Source: an uncultured Anaerolineales bacterium
Lineage (GTDB): Bacteria > Chloroflexota > Anaerolineae > B4-G1
Assembly: GCA_964420485.1 (NCBI GenBank)
Contig: CAYQTW010000001.1
Coordinates: forward strand, 1-32,879
Length of the DNA: 32,879 nt
Direction: 5' to 3'
The position numbers and the translations under genes are program-made. Of this stretch, positions 14,951-23,503 are shown in pieces. The notes beneath the pieces were generated by a model. The model saw only the letters and a list, made by a program, of their open reading frames with translations. It did no database searches and was not told the DNA's origin. How positions within the stretch are numbered: position 1 is the stretch's first letter; every line of letters begins with the position of its first letter.

Positions 14951-16537
14951 ATGAACATAGCAGAATGGGCCGCTAACGAGATTTTGAACCGTGGAATGGA
15001 TTATTATAACGTGGTGCTGGAAGCACTCACCGACTCAACCCTGAGACAAACCCTGGGAGCGGATTTGGTGGATGGAGCGCTCATCGGCCGGGACGTGGAA
15101 CTGGGGGAGGACGTCACGGTCGAGAGGGGAGCGGTGATCCTGGGCCAAACCAAGATTCTGAGGGGCAGGGTGGAGCAAGGGGCAGTCGTAGTTGATTGCG
15201 TGGCCCGAGTTATGGAAGCCAGATCGGGCAGTTTACTTTTTCTGATAGAACAACTGAATGAGCGCCAGGTGGAGTCGGAGCCGGGGCAGTTGTTGACCGA
15301 TATCATCATCATGGATGAAGAAATAGTCAGGAAGGTAAGGGTGGTCCTGGAGATGGGAGCAATCCCGGAAGAGGAGGTTGTGCTCGTCAACGGCAAACAC
15401 AAGACCGTTGCCGAGTTGATGAGGCTTTCTGATTTCGAGGCTTTTTATCTGGGCGGTTCAAGCGCAGGGTATCGCCAGACCTTGCTCGATCAATCTCTAG
15501 ACGAACTCTTTGGAAGAACTGGCTCATTGACCAGGTTCAAGGGAAACCCTATTCTGGCGCCTATCCCCGATCACTCGTGGGAATCGAAAATGGTTTACAA
15601 TCCGGCCGCGATACGGTTGGATAGGATAACCTACATCCTTTACCGGGCTTTTGGAGACGATCATATTTCCCGCCTGGGCCTGGCCTGGAGCAGAGATGGC
15701 ATGCATCTGGATGGGAGATTGCCGCATCCGATTTTTGCTCCCCAGACAGACTATGAACTTGCCGAGACAAGCGTGCTCCAGACGAGACGGCGAGAAAAGG
15801 GCGGTTGCGAGGACCCGCGCCTGGTTTTGATCGGGGAGCGAGTCTATTTGACTTATAGCGCCTACAGCGATGTGCTTCAAATTGCCCTGGCCTCCATAAC
15901 CAAACAGGATTTCATTGCTCTGCCCAACACCCCTGCCGCAGAAATAGCGAACAAGTGGACCCGCCACGGCCCCATGTTCCCCGGCACGTTGGATAGAAAC
16001 GCCGTTCTGTTCCCCCAGAAAATCAACGGCCAATACGCAGTGTTGCGCCGGCCGATACGCGGTCAGGTGCGCGACATAGCGATCAGTTATTCGGACACGC
16101 TGGAAACGCCGTGGCCGGCCGACTTTGAGGTTGTCATGAAAGCCCGCCCTGGAATGTGGGATTCCGAGCGGGTGGGAGCCGGGGCGCAGGTCTTGAAGAC
16201 CCGGCATGGATGGCTGCTGATATACCACGGGGTCGGGATAGAGAGAGGCCGCAGGTGCTACATGCTGGGTGTGGCCTTGCTGGACCTTGATGACCCAGAG
16301 CAAGTCCTCTACCGCTCTGCTGATCCTATATTTATTCCCGAAGAAGATTATGAACTCTACGGTTGGGCTCCTAACGTGGTGTTTACCGATGGCGCTGTAG
16401 CCAGAGCGCGAGACGCCGGCCAGATCATTGAGGACGACGACGAAATTATGATCTATTACGGTGGTGGTGACAGGGTGGTAGGCGTGGCCTGGGCCAGGCT
16501 TTCCGACCTTGGTCCCATCGCAGAGGGTATTCAATGA
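14951..16537 (+). CDS. GH130-family glycoside phosphorylase/hydrolase-like protein with an N-terminal extension of about 195 aa
   Basis: From about residue 196: RFKGNPILAPIPDHSWESKMVYNPAAI...YRAFG...GLAWSRDG...GCEDPRLVLIGERVYLTYSAY...IYHGV...YYGGGD, typical of the GH130 beta-propeller. The N-terminal part has no clear family. SD aaaggaaag precedes ATG 14951. Confidence 0.85.
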   Translation: MNIAEWAANEILNRGMDYYNVVLEALTDSTLRQTLGADLVDGALIGRDVELGEDVTVERGAVILGQTKILRGRVEQGAVVVDCVARVMEARSGSLLFLIEQLNERQVESEPGQLLTDIIIMDEEIVRKVRVVLEMGAIPEEEVVLVNGKHKTVAELMRLSDFEAFYLGGSSAGYRQTLLDQSLDELFGRTGSLTRFKGNPILAPIPDHSWESKMVYNPAAIRLDRITYILYRAFGDDHISRLGLAWSRDGMHLDGRLPHPIFAPQTDYELAETSVLQTRRREKGGCEDPRLVLIGERVYLTYSAYSDVLQIALASITKQDFIALPNTPAAEIANKWTRHGPMFPGTLDRNAVLFPQKINGQYAVLRRPIRGQVRDIAISYSDTLETPWPADFEVVMKARPGMWDSERVGAGAQVLKTRHGWLLIYHGVGIERGRRCYMLGVALLDLDDPEQVLYRSADPIFIPEEDYELYGWAPNVVFTDGAVARARDAGQIIEDDDEIMIYYGGGDRVVGVAWARLSDLGPIAEGIQ

Positions 16538-17724
16538 CCAACAGTGTTATTATCGTTCCCACTTATTGGACCTGGGGCAGCGCGCGAGCGGACGGGCCGG
16601 TCGAGACCGTCTACGACCATCCCACGCCACTGGACGGTGAGAGTACGCTGCCGCGCCTGCTGGAGAGCCTGGTCGCGCTACGAGGCCCCGAGTTCAGCGT
16701 GCTCATCCTCACCGCCGCGACACATCCCGAACTGGAGCAGGCCGTTGCTGACAGGGTGGCCGGCCTCATTGCCCCTTTCCGCGCTCACTATCCCATCGCC
16801 CAGGCAACCGAGGCCGACGCTGCCTTTATTCGCCGGCGCCACCCCAGCCTGGCTGGCCACGTTCAGATGCGCGGCTATGCAGGCGTGCGCAACCTGCAAT
16901 TACTGCTCCCCCACGCCCTCGGTGCCGAGGTCATCGTCGCCCTGGACGACGATGAGATCGTGGCGCCCGACTATTTGCAAACTGCGCTGCATTTCGTGGG
17001 GCGTGAGCACGAGGGCGAGCGGGTGCTGGGGCTGGCCGGCTTTTATCTCGACGCCGGCGGCGACGTGATGCAGCCGGAGCGGTCGCGCACGGGCAACATC
17101 TTTATGGACAAGAGCACCATCATGAACGAGGGCACGCGAGCGCTGCAGGCCGCGCCGGGCCGGTTGGTTTCGACGCCGGTAGCCTTTGGTGGGAACACGG
17201 TCTTTCACCGTGACCTGTTCACCCGTGTGGGGTTCGACCCGGGCATCACGCGCGGCGAGGACATTGACCACTTGATCAACGCCCGCCTGGCAGGATTCAA
17301 ATTCTGGTTGGATAAGCAACTGGTGATCACTCATCTGCCGCCCGATGCGCCAGATAGTTCGCACAGCGCTCCCACCTGGAGCAAACTGCACCAGGACGTG
17401 CTGCGCTTTGTCTACGAGCGGGAGAAACTGCATCTAGCAGGCGCGGACCCGACCTTGTTCGACCCATACCCCGGTCGCTTCCTGCGCGACGACGTCGAGG
17501 AACAGGCATTGGAGGCGTTGCGAGTCCAGGCCACGCCGGAGGCAACCGCACGTTTCGGCTCGCCGGAGACTATCGTTGCCCAGGCCCGACACCATGCGGT
17601 CGAGTCCGCGCCACGCTACTTCGAGTTCGCGCGGGCGTGGCCGCGCCTGATGGAAGCGGTGGGACGAGATGCAGAATTGCGCGACCGGCTGCTCGTGCGT
17701 TTTGGGGCTGTTCCAGAAGAATAA
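16534..17724 (+). CDS. Putative GT-A-fold glycosyltransferase
   Basis: N-terminal VIIVPTYW...LPRLLESL..., GYAGVRN, acidic DxD-like motif VALDDDEIV, later GEDIDH. Its ATG overlaps the GH130 stop (ATGA at 16534-16537). Family assignment is tentative. Confidence 0.6.
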   Translation: MTNSVIIVPTYWTWGSARADGPVETVYDHPTPLDGESTLPRLLESLVALRGPEFSVLILTAATHPELEQAVADRVAGLIAPFRAHYPIAQATEADAAFIRRRHPSLAGHVQMRGYAGVRNLQLLLPHALGAEVIVALDDDEIVAPDYLQTALHFVGREHEGERVLGLAGFYLDAGGDVMQPERSRTGNIFMDKSTIMNEGTRALQAAPGRLVSTPVAFGGNTVFHRDLFTRVGFDPGITRGEDIDHLINARLAGFKFWLDKQLVITHLPPDAPDSSHSAPTWSKLHQDVLRFVYEREKLHLAGADPTLFDPYPGRFLRDDVEEQALEALRVQATPEATARFGSPETIVAQARHHAVESAPRYFEFARAWPRLMEAVGRDAELRDRLLVRFGAVPEE

Positions 17725-17734
17725 TCATCTCAGT

Positions 17735-17842
17735 GTCATTCTGAGCAGAACGCAGTGAAGCGAAGAATCTCACGTTACAGTGCCCATACTGCCTGTCCAT
17801 GGCGAGATTCTTCGCCTCCGCTGCGCTCCGGCTCAGAATGAC
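17735..17842. repeat. Inverted-repeat element, family GTCATTCTGAGC...GAAGAATC (copy 2)
   Basis: Left arm gtcattctgagcagaacgcagtgaagcgaagaatctc (17735-17771). Right arm gagattcttcgcctccgctgcgctccggctcagaatgac (17804-17842). It lies between the convergent GT and HlyD genes. Confidence 0.8.
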
Positions 17843-17858
17843 AGGCTGCGGTTTGTTG

Positions 17859-19133
17859 CTACGGCTGGAGCGTCGCGTCGGCCGGCATACCCGGCTTGAG
17901 GGCATAATCAGAGTTGGGGATGCGCACCTTGACGGCAAAGACCAGGTTGACGCGCTCCTCCTGCGTCTGCACGTTGCGCGGGGTGAACTCGGCCTCGCCA
18001 GCAATGTTCACTACTTCCCCCGTGAACACACGGTCTGGGAAAGAATCCACCTGCACATCCACCTCCTGGCCCAATTGCACCTGCCCGACGCGATTTTCGG
18101 GAACGTAGATGACCAACGTCACCTGGTCCAGATTGGCGATGGTGAGCAGCGGCGCGCCGGCCATGGCCGTCTCCCCGGTCTGGGCGCCACGGCTGGTGAC
18201 AATGCCGTCCATCGGCCCGGTCAATGTGAGTTTGGAGATTTGGACGTCAATCAGGCGCACGGCGGCCTCGGCCTGTCGCACCTGGGCTTCGGCCACTGCA
18301 ATCTGTTCCTCGGTCGGGCCGGCCTCCAGTTCATCCAGCGTCGCTTGCGCAGCGGCCACCTGTGCCTCGGCGATCTGGTATTGCATCTCCGCGCTGTGGA
18401 GTTCGGCCTCGAGCGTGAGTGGATTGGCGCGCATATCCAATTGAGCGTAGTAGTACTGCTGAGCGCCTTTCAGTTCGGCCTGCGCCTGCGCCAGCGCCGC
18501 CTGCGATGCCCGCAACTGCAAGTCCCACACGCGCTCCGTGTCTCCCCCTTGCTCGGCGTAGACGTCGTGCTTCAGTTCCATCTCTGCCAGGTTTGCCTCG
18601 GCCATCTCGACATTCTGCTCGGCCAGGCGCACCTGAGTGCGGGCAGCGCTGATCTCTGCGTTGAGCGCCAGAGGATTGCTGATCGCTTCCGAAGCGTTGA
18701 TCACGGCCTGGGCCGCCCCGTCCCGTTGGGCCTCCGCCTGGGCCAGCGCGGCCCGCGCAGCAGAGATCTCTTCCGGGCGTGCGCCGGTCAGCACGCGGGC
18801 CAGATTAGCGTGAGCGGCCGCCAGTCCTGCCTCGGCTTCCAATCGCTGGGTCTGGAGCACCGCGTCATCCAGGCGTACCAGCACGTCGCCTGCTCGCACC
18901 ATATCTCCGCGATCCACCACCATCTCGGCAATACGCCCCGACGTCTCCGGCGCGACGATCACCTCCTCACCCTCGATAAAGCCAGAGGCAGTAAGCGGCC
19001 CTTCAGCCTGAACGCTGGCACAGCCAGCCAGCAAAACGACAAGCAACATACCACATACGACGAGCCAAGTCGCTGACTCGCTGACTCGCTGATTCGCTGA
19101 TTCGCTGATTCGCTGATTCGCTAATTCGCTCAT
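17859..19133 (-). CDS. HlyD-family periplasmic adaptor / membrane fusion protein (second of tandem pair), predicted lipoprotein
   Basis: LLVVLLAGC lipobox. Biotinyl-lipoyl-like ends (IAEMVVDRGDMVRAGDVLVRLDD ... GMPADATLQP). Long Ala-rich coiled coil. ATG 19133 is 1 nt after the stop of the upstream HlyD gene. The ORF-track extension to 19223 overlaps that gene. Confidence 0.88.
   Translation of the reverse strand: MSELANQRISESANQRVSESATWLVVCGMLLVVLLAGCASVQAEGPLTASGFIEGEEVIVAPETSGRIAEMVVDRGDMVRAGDVLVRLDDAVLQTQRLEAEAGLAAAHANLARVLTGARPEEISAARAALAQAEAQRDGAAQAVINASEAISNPLALNAEISAARTQVRLAEQNVEMAEANLAEMELKHDVYAEQGGDTERVWDLQLRASQAALAQAQAELKGAQQYYYAQLDMRANPLTLEAELHSAEMQYQIAEAQVAAAQATLDELEAGPTEEQIAVAEAQVRQAEAAVRLIDVQISKLTLTGPMDGIVTSRGAQTGETAMAGAPLLTIANLDQVTLVIYVPENRVGQVQLGQEVDVQVDSFPDRVFTGEVVNIAGEAEFTPRNVQTQEERVNLVFAVKVRIPNSDYALKPGMPADATLQP
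19067..19130. repeat. Octanucleotide tandem repeat, 8 units, inside the first 22 codons of the HlyD gene
   Basis: Plus strand: aagtcgct gactcgct gactcgct gattcgct x4 aattcgct, then cat (the ATG on the minus strand). It encodes M-SELANQRI-SESANQRV-SESAT. Confidence 0.9.
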
Positions 19134-19134
19134 T

Positions 19135-20499
19135 CTATTGCTCCTCGGTAATGATCGTCGCGTCGGCGGGTAGACCTGGCTTGAGAGCGTGGTCGGGATT
19201 GGGGATGAGCACGTCCACGGCAAAGACCATATTCACCCGCTCTTCCTGCGTCTGGACGTTGCGCGGGGTGAACTCTGCCTCGTGGGCGATGGCGACTACG
19301 GTACCGGCAAAGATGCGTTCTGGGAAACTATCCACCTGCACCTCTACCTGTTGGCCGATGTGCACCTGTCCTAGCCTGTCCTCCGGCACGTAGATGGTCA
19401 GTGTTACCTCGTCCAAGTCACCCAGCGTGAGCAGGGTGGCTCCGGGCGTGGCCAGTTCTCCCTCGTGGGTGCTACATTCCAGCACCAGCCCGCCGGCCGG
19501 TGCGGCGATGATCAGCTTGTCACGATACACCATCAGCGAGTCGAGCGCGGTCTGGGCCTGTTCTACTTGTGCCTCGACTGCGGCGATTTCCTCCTCGGTG
19601 GCCCCCGCCCGCAGCGCATCCACCTGAGCCTGGGCCTGATGGACGGCAGCCTCGGCGGTTTTGTATTGCGCTTCGAGCGCGTCCACCTGACCGTTCAGTT
19701 CCTGGGGATTGTCCCGTATGGCGTAGAGATCGCTCAACGCAGCCCGCGCTCCGTCCAGCCCGGCCTGGGCCGTGTTGACGCCCACCCAGGATTTCCAGTA
19801 AGCGTTGGGGATGAGGTGAACGTCCAGTTGCATCCCCGGCATGGTGGGACGGTAGGGCTCGGGGATCTTGTTCAACTCCTCCTGCGCTTCCGCGAGGGCC
19901 TCCATCCCGTCCCAGTAGGCGTCGTCGCCGATCTCGGCTGCGTCCTTCAGCGCGGTGGCCTGGGCCAGCCCGGCCTCGGCTGCGGCTACTTGTGCTCTCG
20001 CCTGGGCGATCTGGGCGTCCAGTTCCTGGGGGTTATCTCGGATGGCGAGAGCATCCTGCCAGGACTGGTAGGCTCCGTCACGGGCCGCTTCGGCCTGGGC
20101 CAGCGCGGCCTCTGCCTGCCGGATCTGCTCCGGGCGGGCCCCTGCCCGTGCCTGGGCCAACCCCGCCTCGGCCACGTCCAGCGCTGCCTGGGCCACCTCG
20201 ATCTGAGCCTCCAGCAGCGTCCCGTCCAGTCGCACCAGCACCTGCCCTGCTTTGACCTCGTCTCCCTCGTCCACTAGCAACCCGACCACGCGCCCGCCCA
20301 GTTCCGGCGCGATGGAGACCTCCTCGGCCTCGATGAACCCGGAGGCGGTCAGGTCGCTCGTCTCGGTCTCGGCCAGCGCCAATTGCACCTGCACCTGGCG
20401 CCAGGCAGCCGGATTTGTGGCGAAGTAGATGCCTGCCACTGCCGCGGCAATGACGACCACGGCGATGATGATGATCGGAACGATTCGCTTTCGTTTCAT
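19135..20499 (-). CDS. HlyD-family periplasmic adaptor / membrane fusion protein (first of tandem pair)
   Basis: N-terminal TM anchor MKRKRIVPIIIIAVVVIAAAVAGIYF. VVGLLVDEGDEVKAGQVLVRLDG. Long coiled coil. C-terminal ...GLPADATI. SD aggag precedes ATG 20499. Confidence 0.9.
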   Translation of the reverse strand: MKRKRIVPIIIIAVVVIAAAVAGIYFATNPAAWRQVQVQLALAETETSDLTASGFIEAEEVSIAPELGGRVVGLLVDEGDEVKAGQVLVRLDGTLLEAQIEVAQAALDVAEAGLAQARAGARPEQIRQAEAALAQAEAARDGAYQSWQDALAIRDNPQELDAQIAQARAQVAAAEAGLAQATALKDAAEIGDDAYWDGMEALAEAQEELNKIPEPYRPTMPGMQLDVHLIPNAYWKSWVGVNTAQAGLDGARAALSDLYAIRDNPQELNGQVDALEAQYKTAEAAVHQAQAQVDALRAGATEEEIAAVEAQVEQAQTALDSLMVYRDKLIIAAPAGGLVLECSTHEGELATPGATLLTLGDLDEVTLTIYVPEDRLGQVHIGQQVEVQVDSFPERIFAGTVVAIAHEAEFTPRNVQTQEERVNMVFAVDVLIPNPDHALKPGLPADATIITEEQ

Positions 20500-20510
20500 A
20501 TCCTTACTCC

Positions 20511-20605
20511 TAATCCGCTAATCCTGTCAATCTTGTTCTCCATCTCAGAACACGGATGGGCGGGATTATCTGATCTGATCCGTTAATCCTGCCAATCTGT
20601 GTTCT
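20511..20605. repeat. Palindromic repeat family AGAACACGGAT...ATCCGTGTTCT (one plus-orientation arm, then a complete hairpin unit)
   Basis: Arm taatccgctaatcctgtcaatcttgttct (20511-20539). Reverse arm agaacacggatgggcgggatta (20547-20568). Arm gatccgttaatcctgccaatctgtgttct (20577-20605). The last arm supplies the final codons RENTDWQD and the stop of the ABC ATPase gene. Confidence 0.8.
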
Positions 20606-21524
20606 CCCGCACGTTAGAGATGAAAACATCCTCCAGCGACGGAGCGATAACGTCCATCGCTCGCACCTGCACACCAGCCTCGGCCAGAGCCTGCGCGATG
20701 CGGGGCTTCTGCTCCACCACGCCGTCGGCGACGACGTGAATCAACGCGCCATAGAGCGCGACCTCCTCGAACAGGCCCATCTCCCGCAGCAGACCGATGG
20801 CCGTGTCGGGCTGAGTGCAGTCAATCTCCAACACCTGCCCGCGCATCTTGTGCAGTTTTATCTCCTCCGGCGAGCCCTGGGCGATGATGCGCCCGTTGTG
20901 GATGAAGGCCAGGTCTTGACAGTGCTCGGCCTCGTCCATGTAGTGCGTGGTGACGAATATCGTCGTCCCATCCTCGGCCAACTCGTACAACAAGTCCCAG
21001 AAAGCCCGGCGGGAGATGGGGTCCACCCCGGCGGTCGGCTCGTCCAGGAAAAGCATCTCCGGCTCGTGGAGGATGGCCGCGCCCAGGGCCAGCCGTTGTT
21101 TCCAGCCGCCGGAGAGATTGCGCGTCAACTCTCTCTCACGCCCCTGCAGGCCGGCCATCTCAATGATGAACTGCTTGCGCTTCCGCAGCCGCTCGCCGCG
21201 CACGCCATAAGTGCGCCCGTAGAAATCCAGGTTCTCGCTCACTGTCAGATCATTGTAGAGGCTGAACCGCTGGGACATGTAGCCGATGTGCCTGCGAATC
21301 TCCTCCGGCTGGCGCACGATGTCGTAATCCAGCACGGTCGCCTGGCCCGACGTGGGGCGCAGGAGGCACAGGAGCATCCGAATCGTCGTCGTCTTGCCCG
21401 CGCCGTTGGGGCCCAGGAAGCCAAAGATCTGTCCACGCCGGATGTTGAACGTCACGCCACTCACGGCGACAAAGTCGCCGAACTTTTTCGTCAGGTTAGT
21501 TACTTCAACGGCATACTGATTCAC
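20583..21524 (-). CDS. ABC transporter ATP-binding protein, type B (LSGGWKQRLALG), copy 2
   Basis: GPNGAGKTTTIRML, LSGGWKQRLALG, LFLDEPTAGVDP. Start proposed at GTG 21524 (MNQYAVEVTNLTKKF), which parallels the N-termini of the paralogs and has gggag 9 nt upstream. The ORF-track GTG at 21551 is possible. Confidence 0.92.
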   Translation of the reverse strand: MNQYAVEVTNLTKKFGDFVAVSGVTFNIRRGQIFGFLGPNGAGKTTTIRMLLCLLRPTSGQATVLDYDIVRQPEEIRRHIGYMSQRFSLYNDLTVSENLDFYGRTYGVRGERLRKRKQFIIEMAGLQGRERELTRNLSGGWKQRLALGAAILHEPEMLFLDEPTAGVDPISRRAFWDLLYELAEDGTTIFVTTHYMDEAEHCQDLAFIHNGRIIAQGSPEEIKLHKMRGQVLEIDCTQPDTAIGLLREMGLFEEVALYGALIHVVADGVVEQKPRIAQALAEAGVQVRAMDVIAPSLEDVFISNVRENTDWQD

Positions 21525-21592
21525 AATGCGAAGCTCCCTGTCACGTTTCACGTTTTATGCTTCACGTGCTGCGTAATGCGTAAAATGTAATC

Positions 21593-22537
21593 TCACCTCT
21601 CTTCCACTCGCTTGCGGATAAGCGAAATGAACGCCTCCTCCATCCGCGGGCGGGTCTGGCGCAACCCCTGCACGTCAATCCCGACGTCGCTCAACACTCC
21701 CTGAATATCCAACTTTCGCCGCTCGGCATCGTCCACGAACACGTGTAGCAGGTCGCCGTAGGTTTGCACCTCCAGCACACCGGGGAGGTTCTCAATGACA
21801 CGGCTCGCCTCCCGCAGCCGGTCGGGCCGCAGTTCCAGCAACTCCCCCTCTACCAGTCCCTTGATGCGCTCCGGTGCGTCGCAGACTATGACGTTCCCCT
21901 CAAACATCAGCGCCACCCGCGAGCAACGCTCCGCCTCGTCCATGTAGGGGGTGCTGACAAAGAGCGTCACCCCCCGCAGGTGCAGTTCAGTCAGAATGTC
22001 CCAGAACTCTCGCCGCGAGACCGGGTCCACGCCGGTGGTTGGCTCGTCGAGGAAGATGACCTCGGGCCGGTGGATCAGCGTGCAGGCCAGCGCCAGTTTT
22101 TTCTGCATACCGCCCGAAAGGTGCGCCGCCCGCCGCTTGTGAAACTCGGTCAAGCGGGCGAACTCCAGCAAGCGAGCGATGCGCTGCTCTCGCTCCTGTC
22201 GCCCCACCTGGAAGATGTCGGCGAAGAAGACCAAGTTCTCCAGCACTGTCAGGTCGCCGTAGAGGGAGAACTGCTGCGCCATGTAGCCGATGCGCTTTTT
22301 GATCTCTTCCGGCTGCTTCACCGTGTCGAACCCGGCCACACTGGCGCGGCCCGCGCTGGGGTCCATAATCGCGCACAGCATGCGGATCGTCGTCGTCTTG
22401 CCCGCACCGTCCGGCCCCAGTAAGCCGAAAATCTCCCCGCGCCGGATGTTCAGATTGAGCCCATCCACGGCGGTGACATTCTTGAACTGTTTCGTCAAGC
22501 CGTGTATCTCAATGACCAGGTTGTTATTTGTCATCAC
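21593..22537 (-). CDS. ABC transporter ATP-binding protein, type A (LSGGMQKKLALA), copy 2
   Basis: GPDGAGKTTTIRML, LSGGMQKKLALA, IFLDEPTTGVDP. The start is GTG 22537 or ATG 22534. Confidence 0.93.
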   Translation of the reverse strand: MMTNNNLVIEIHGLTKQFKNVTAVDGLNLNIRRGEIFGLLGPDGAGKTTTIRMLCAIMDPSAGRASVAGFDTVKQPEEIKKRIGYMAQQFSLYGDLTVLENLVFFADIFQVGRQEREQRIARLLEFARLTEFHKRRAAHLSGGMQKKLALACTLIHRPEVIFLDEPTTGVDPVSRREFWDILTELHLRGVTLFVSTPYMDEAERCSRVALMFEGNVIVCDAPERIKGLVEGELLELRPDRLREASRVIENLPGVLEVQTYGDLLHVFVDDAERRKLDIQGVLSDVGIDVQGLRQTRPRMEEAFISLIRKRVEER

Positions 22538-22549
22538 GTCAACTTTTCG

Positions 22550-23503
22550 CTACGTCTCGTCCCGCGCTGGCCTGACCGCCGAGATGAAAACATCCTCCAG
22601 CGTCGGGGCGATCCATTCGACTCCGTGTACTTTTACTCCCTCACGTTCCAGCAGCGCGCGGACAGGTTGTTTGAACGCTTCCGCGTCGGGCACGACGGCG
22701 TGGATCTGCGCGCCGTAAAAGGCGACCTCGTCAAAGGGCAATCGCCCGCTCGCCTGGGCGTTCTTTAGTGCGCGCATCGCCCGCTCTGGGTCGAGCGCGT
22801 TGATCTCCAAGACCTGCCCGCGCATCTGTGTCTCTTTGAGCTGACCGGGAGTATCTAGCGCCACCAGCCGCCCCTGGCTGAGGAACCCGACCCGCTGGCA
22901 CAACTCGGCCTCGTCCATATAGTGGGTGGTGACCAGAACGGTCACGCCCTTTTTGGCCATGGCATAGATCAGGCCCCAGAACTCGCGCCGGCTGATGGGG
23001 TCCACCCCGGCGGTAGGCTCGTCCAGGAAGACGACTTTTGGTTTGTGGACGATGGCGCAGCCCAGAGCCAGCCGCTGCTTCCAGCCGCCGGAGAGATTGG
23101 CGGTGAGTTCATTCTCGCGCCCTTGCAGCCCGGCCATCTCGATGATCTCGGCCTGGCGCTGCTGCAACTCGTCCCGCCGCAGCCCGTAGGCCTGGCCGTA
23201 AAAGCGGATGTTCTCGCGGGCGGTGAGATCGTTGTACAGTGTGAATAGTTGCGACATGTAGCCGACGTGGGCCTGCATCGCTTTGGTCTCGGTGCTCGGA
23301 TCGTAGCCCAGCACGCGGGCGCTGCCCGAGGTGATCTTGAGCAAGCCCAGCAACAAGCGGATCGTCGTCGTCTTGCCCGCGCCGTTGGGGCCTAGCCAGC
23401 CGTAGACTTCGCCCTGTTTCACGCGGAAACTGACACGATCCACGGCGACAAAGTCGCCGAAACGTTTGGTCAGGTTCTCGACCTCGATAGTGTATTCGCT
23501 CAC
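22550..23503 (-). CDS. ABC transporter ATP-binding protein, type B, copy 1
   Basis: GPNGAGKTTTIRLL, LSGGWKQRLALG, VFLDEPTAGVDP. The start GTG 23503 overlaps the stop of the upstream ATPase gene (GTGA). The 164-aa N-terminal extension in the ORF track is R/G-rich and overlaps that gene. Confidence 0.92.
   Translation of the reverse strand: MSEYTIEVENLTKRFGDFVAVDRVSFRVKQGEVYGWLGPNGAGKTTTIRLLLGLLKITSGSARVLGYDPSTETKAMQAHVGYMSQLFTLYNDLTARENIRFYGQAYGLRRDELQQRQAEIIEMAGLQGRENELTANLSGGWKQRLALGCAIVHKPKVVFLDEPTAGVDPISRREFWGLIYAMAKKGVTVLVTTHYMDEAELCQRVGFLSQGRLVALDTPGQLKETQMRGQVLEINALDPERAMRALKNAQASGRLPFDEVAFYGAQIHAVVPDAEAFKQPVRALLEREGVKVHGVEWIAPTLEDVFISAVRPARDET

Noticed and set aside
15524-16534. 336-aa minus-strand ORF
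   Set aside because: It is antisense to the GH130 domain, which has clear family motifs. No motifs of its own.
17799-19076. 425-aa ORF on the plus strand
   Set aside because: It is antisense to the clearly recognisable HlyD adaptor gene. The translation is low-complexity, rich in L/R/G/H.
19067-19130. Tandem repeats considered as a possible CRISPR-like array
   Set aside because: The units are 8 bp with no spacers, and the tract lies in coding sequence. Nothing in the window has the repeat-spacer periodicity of a CRISPR array.
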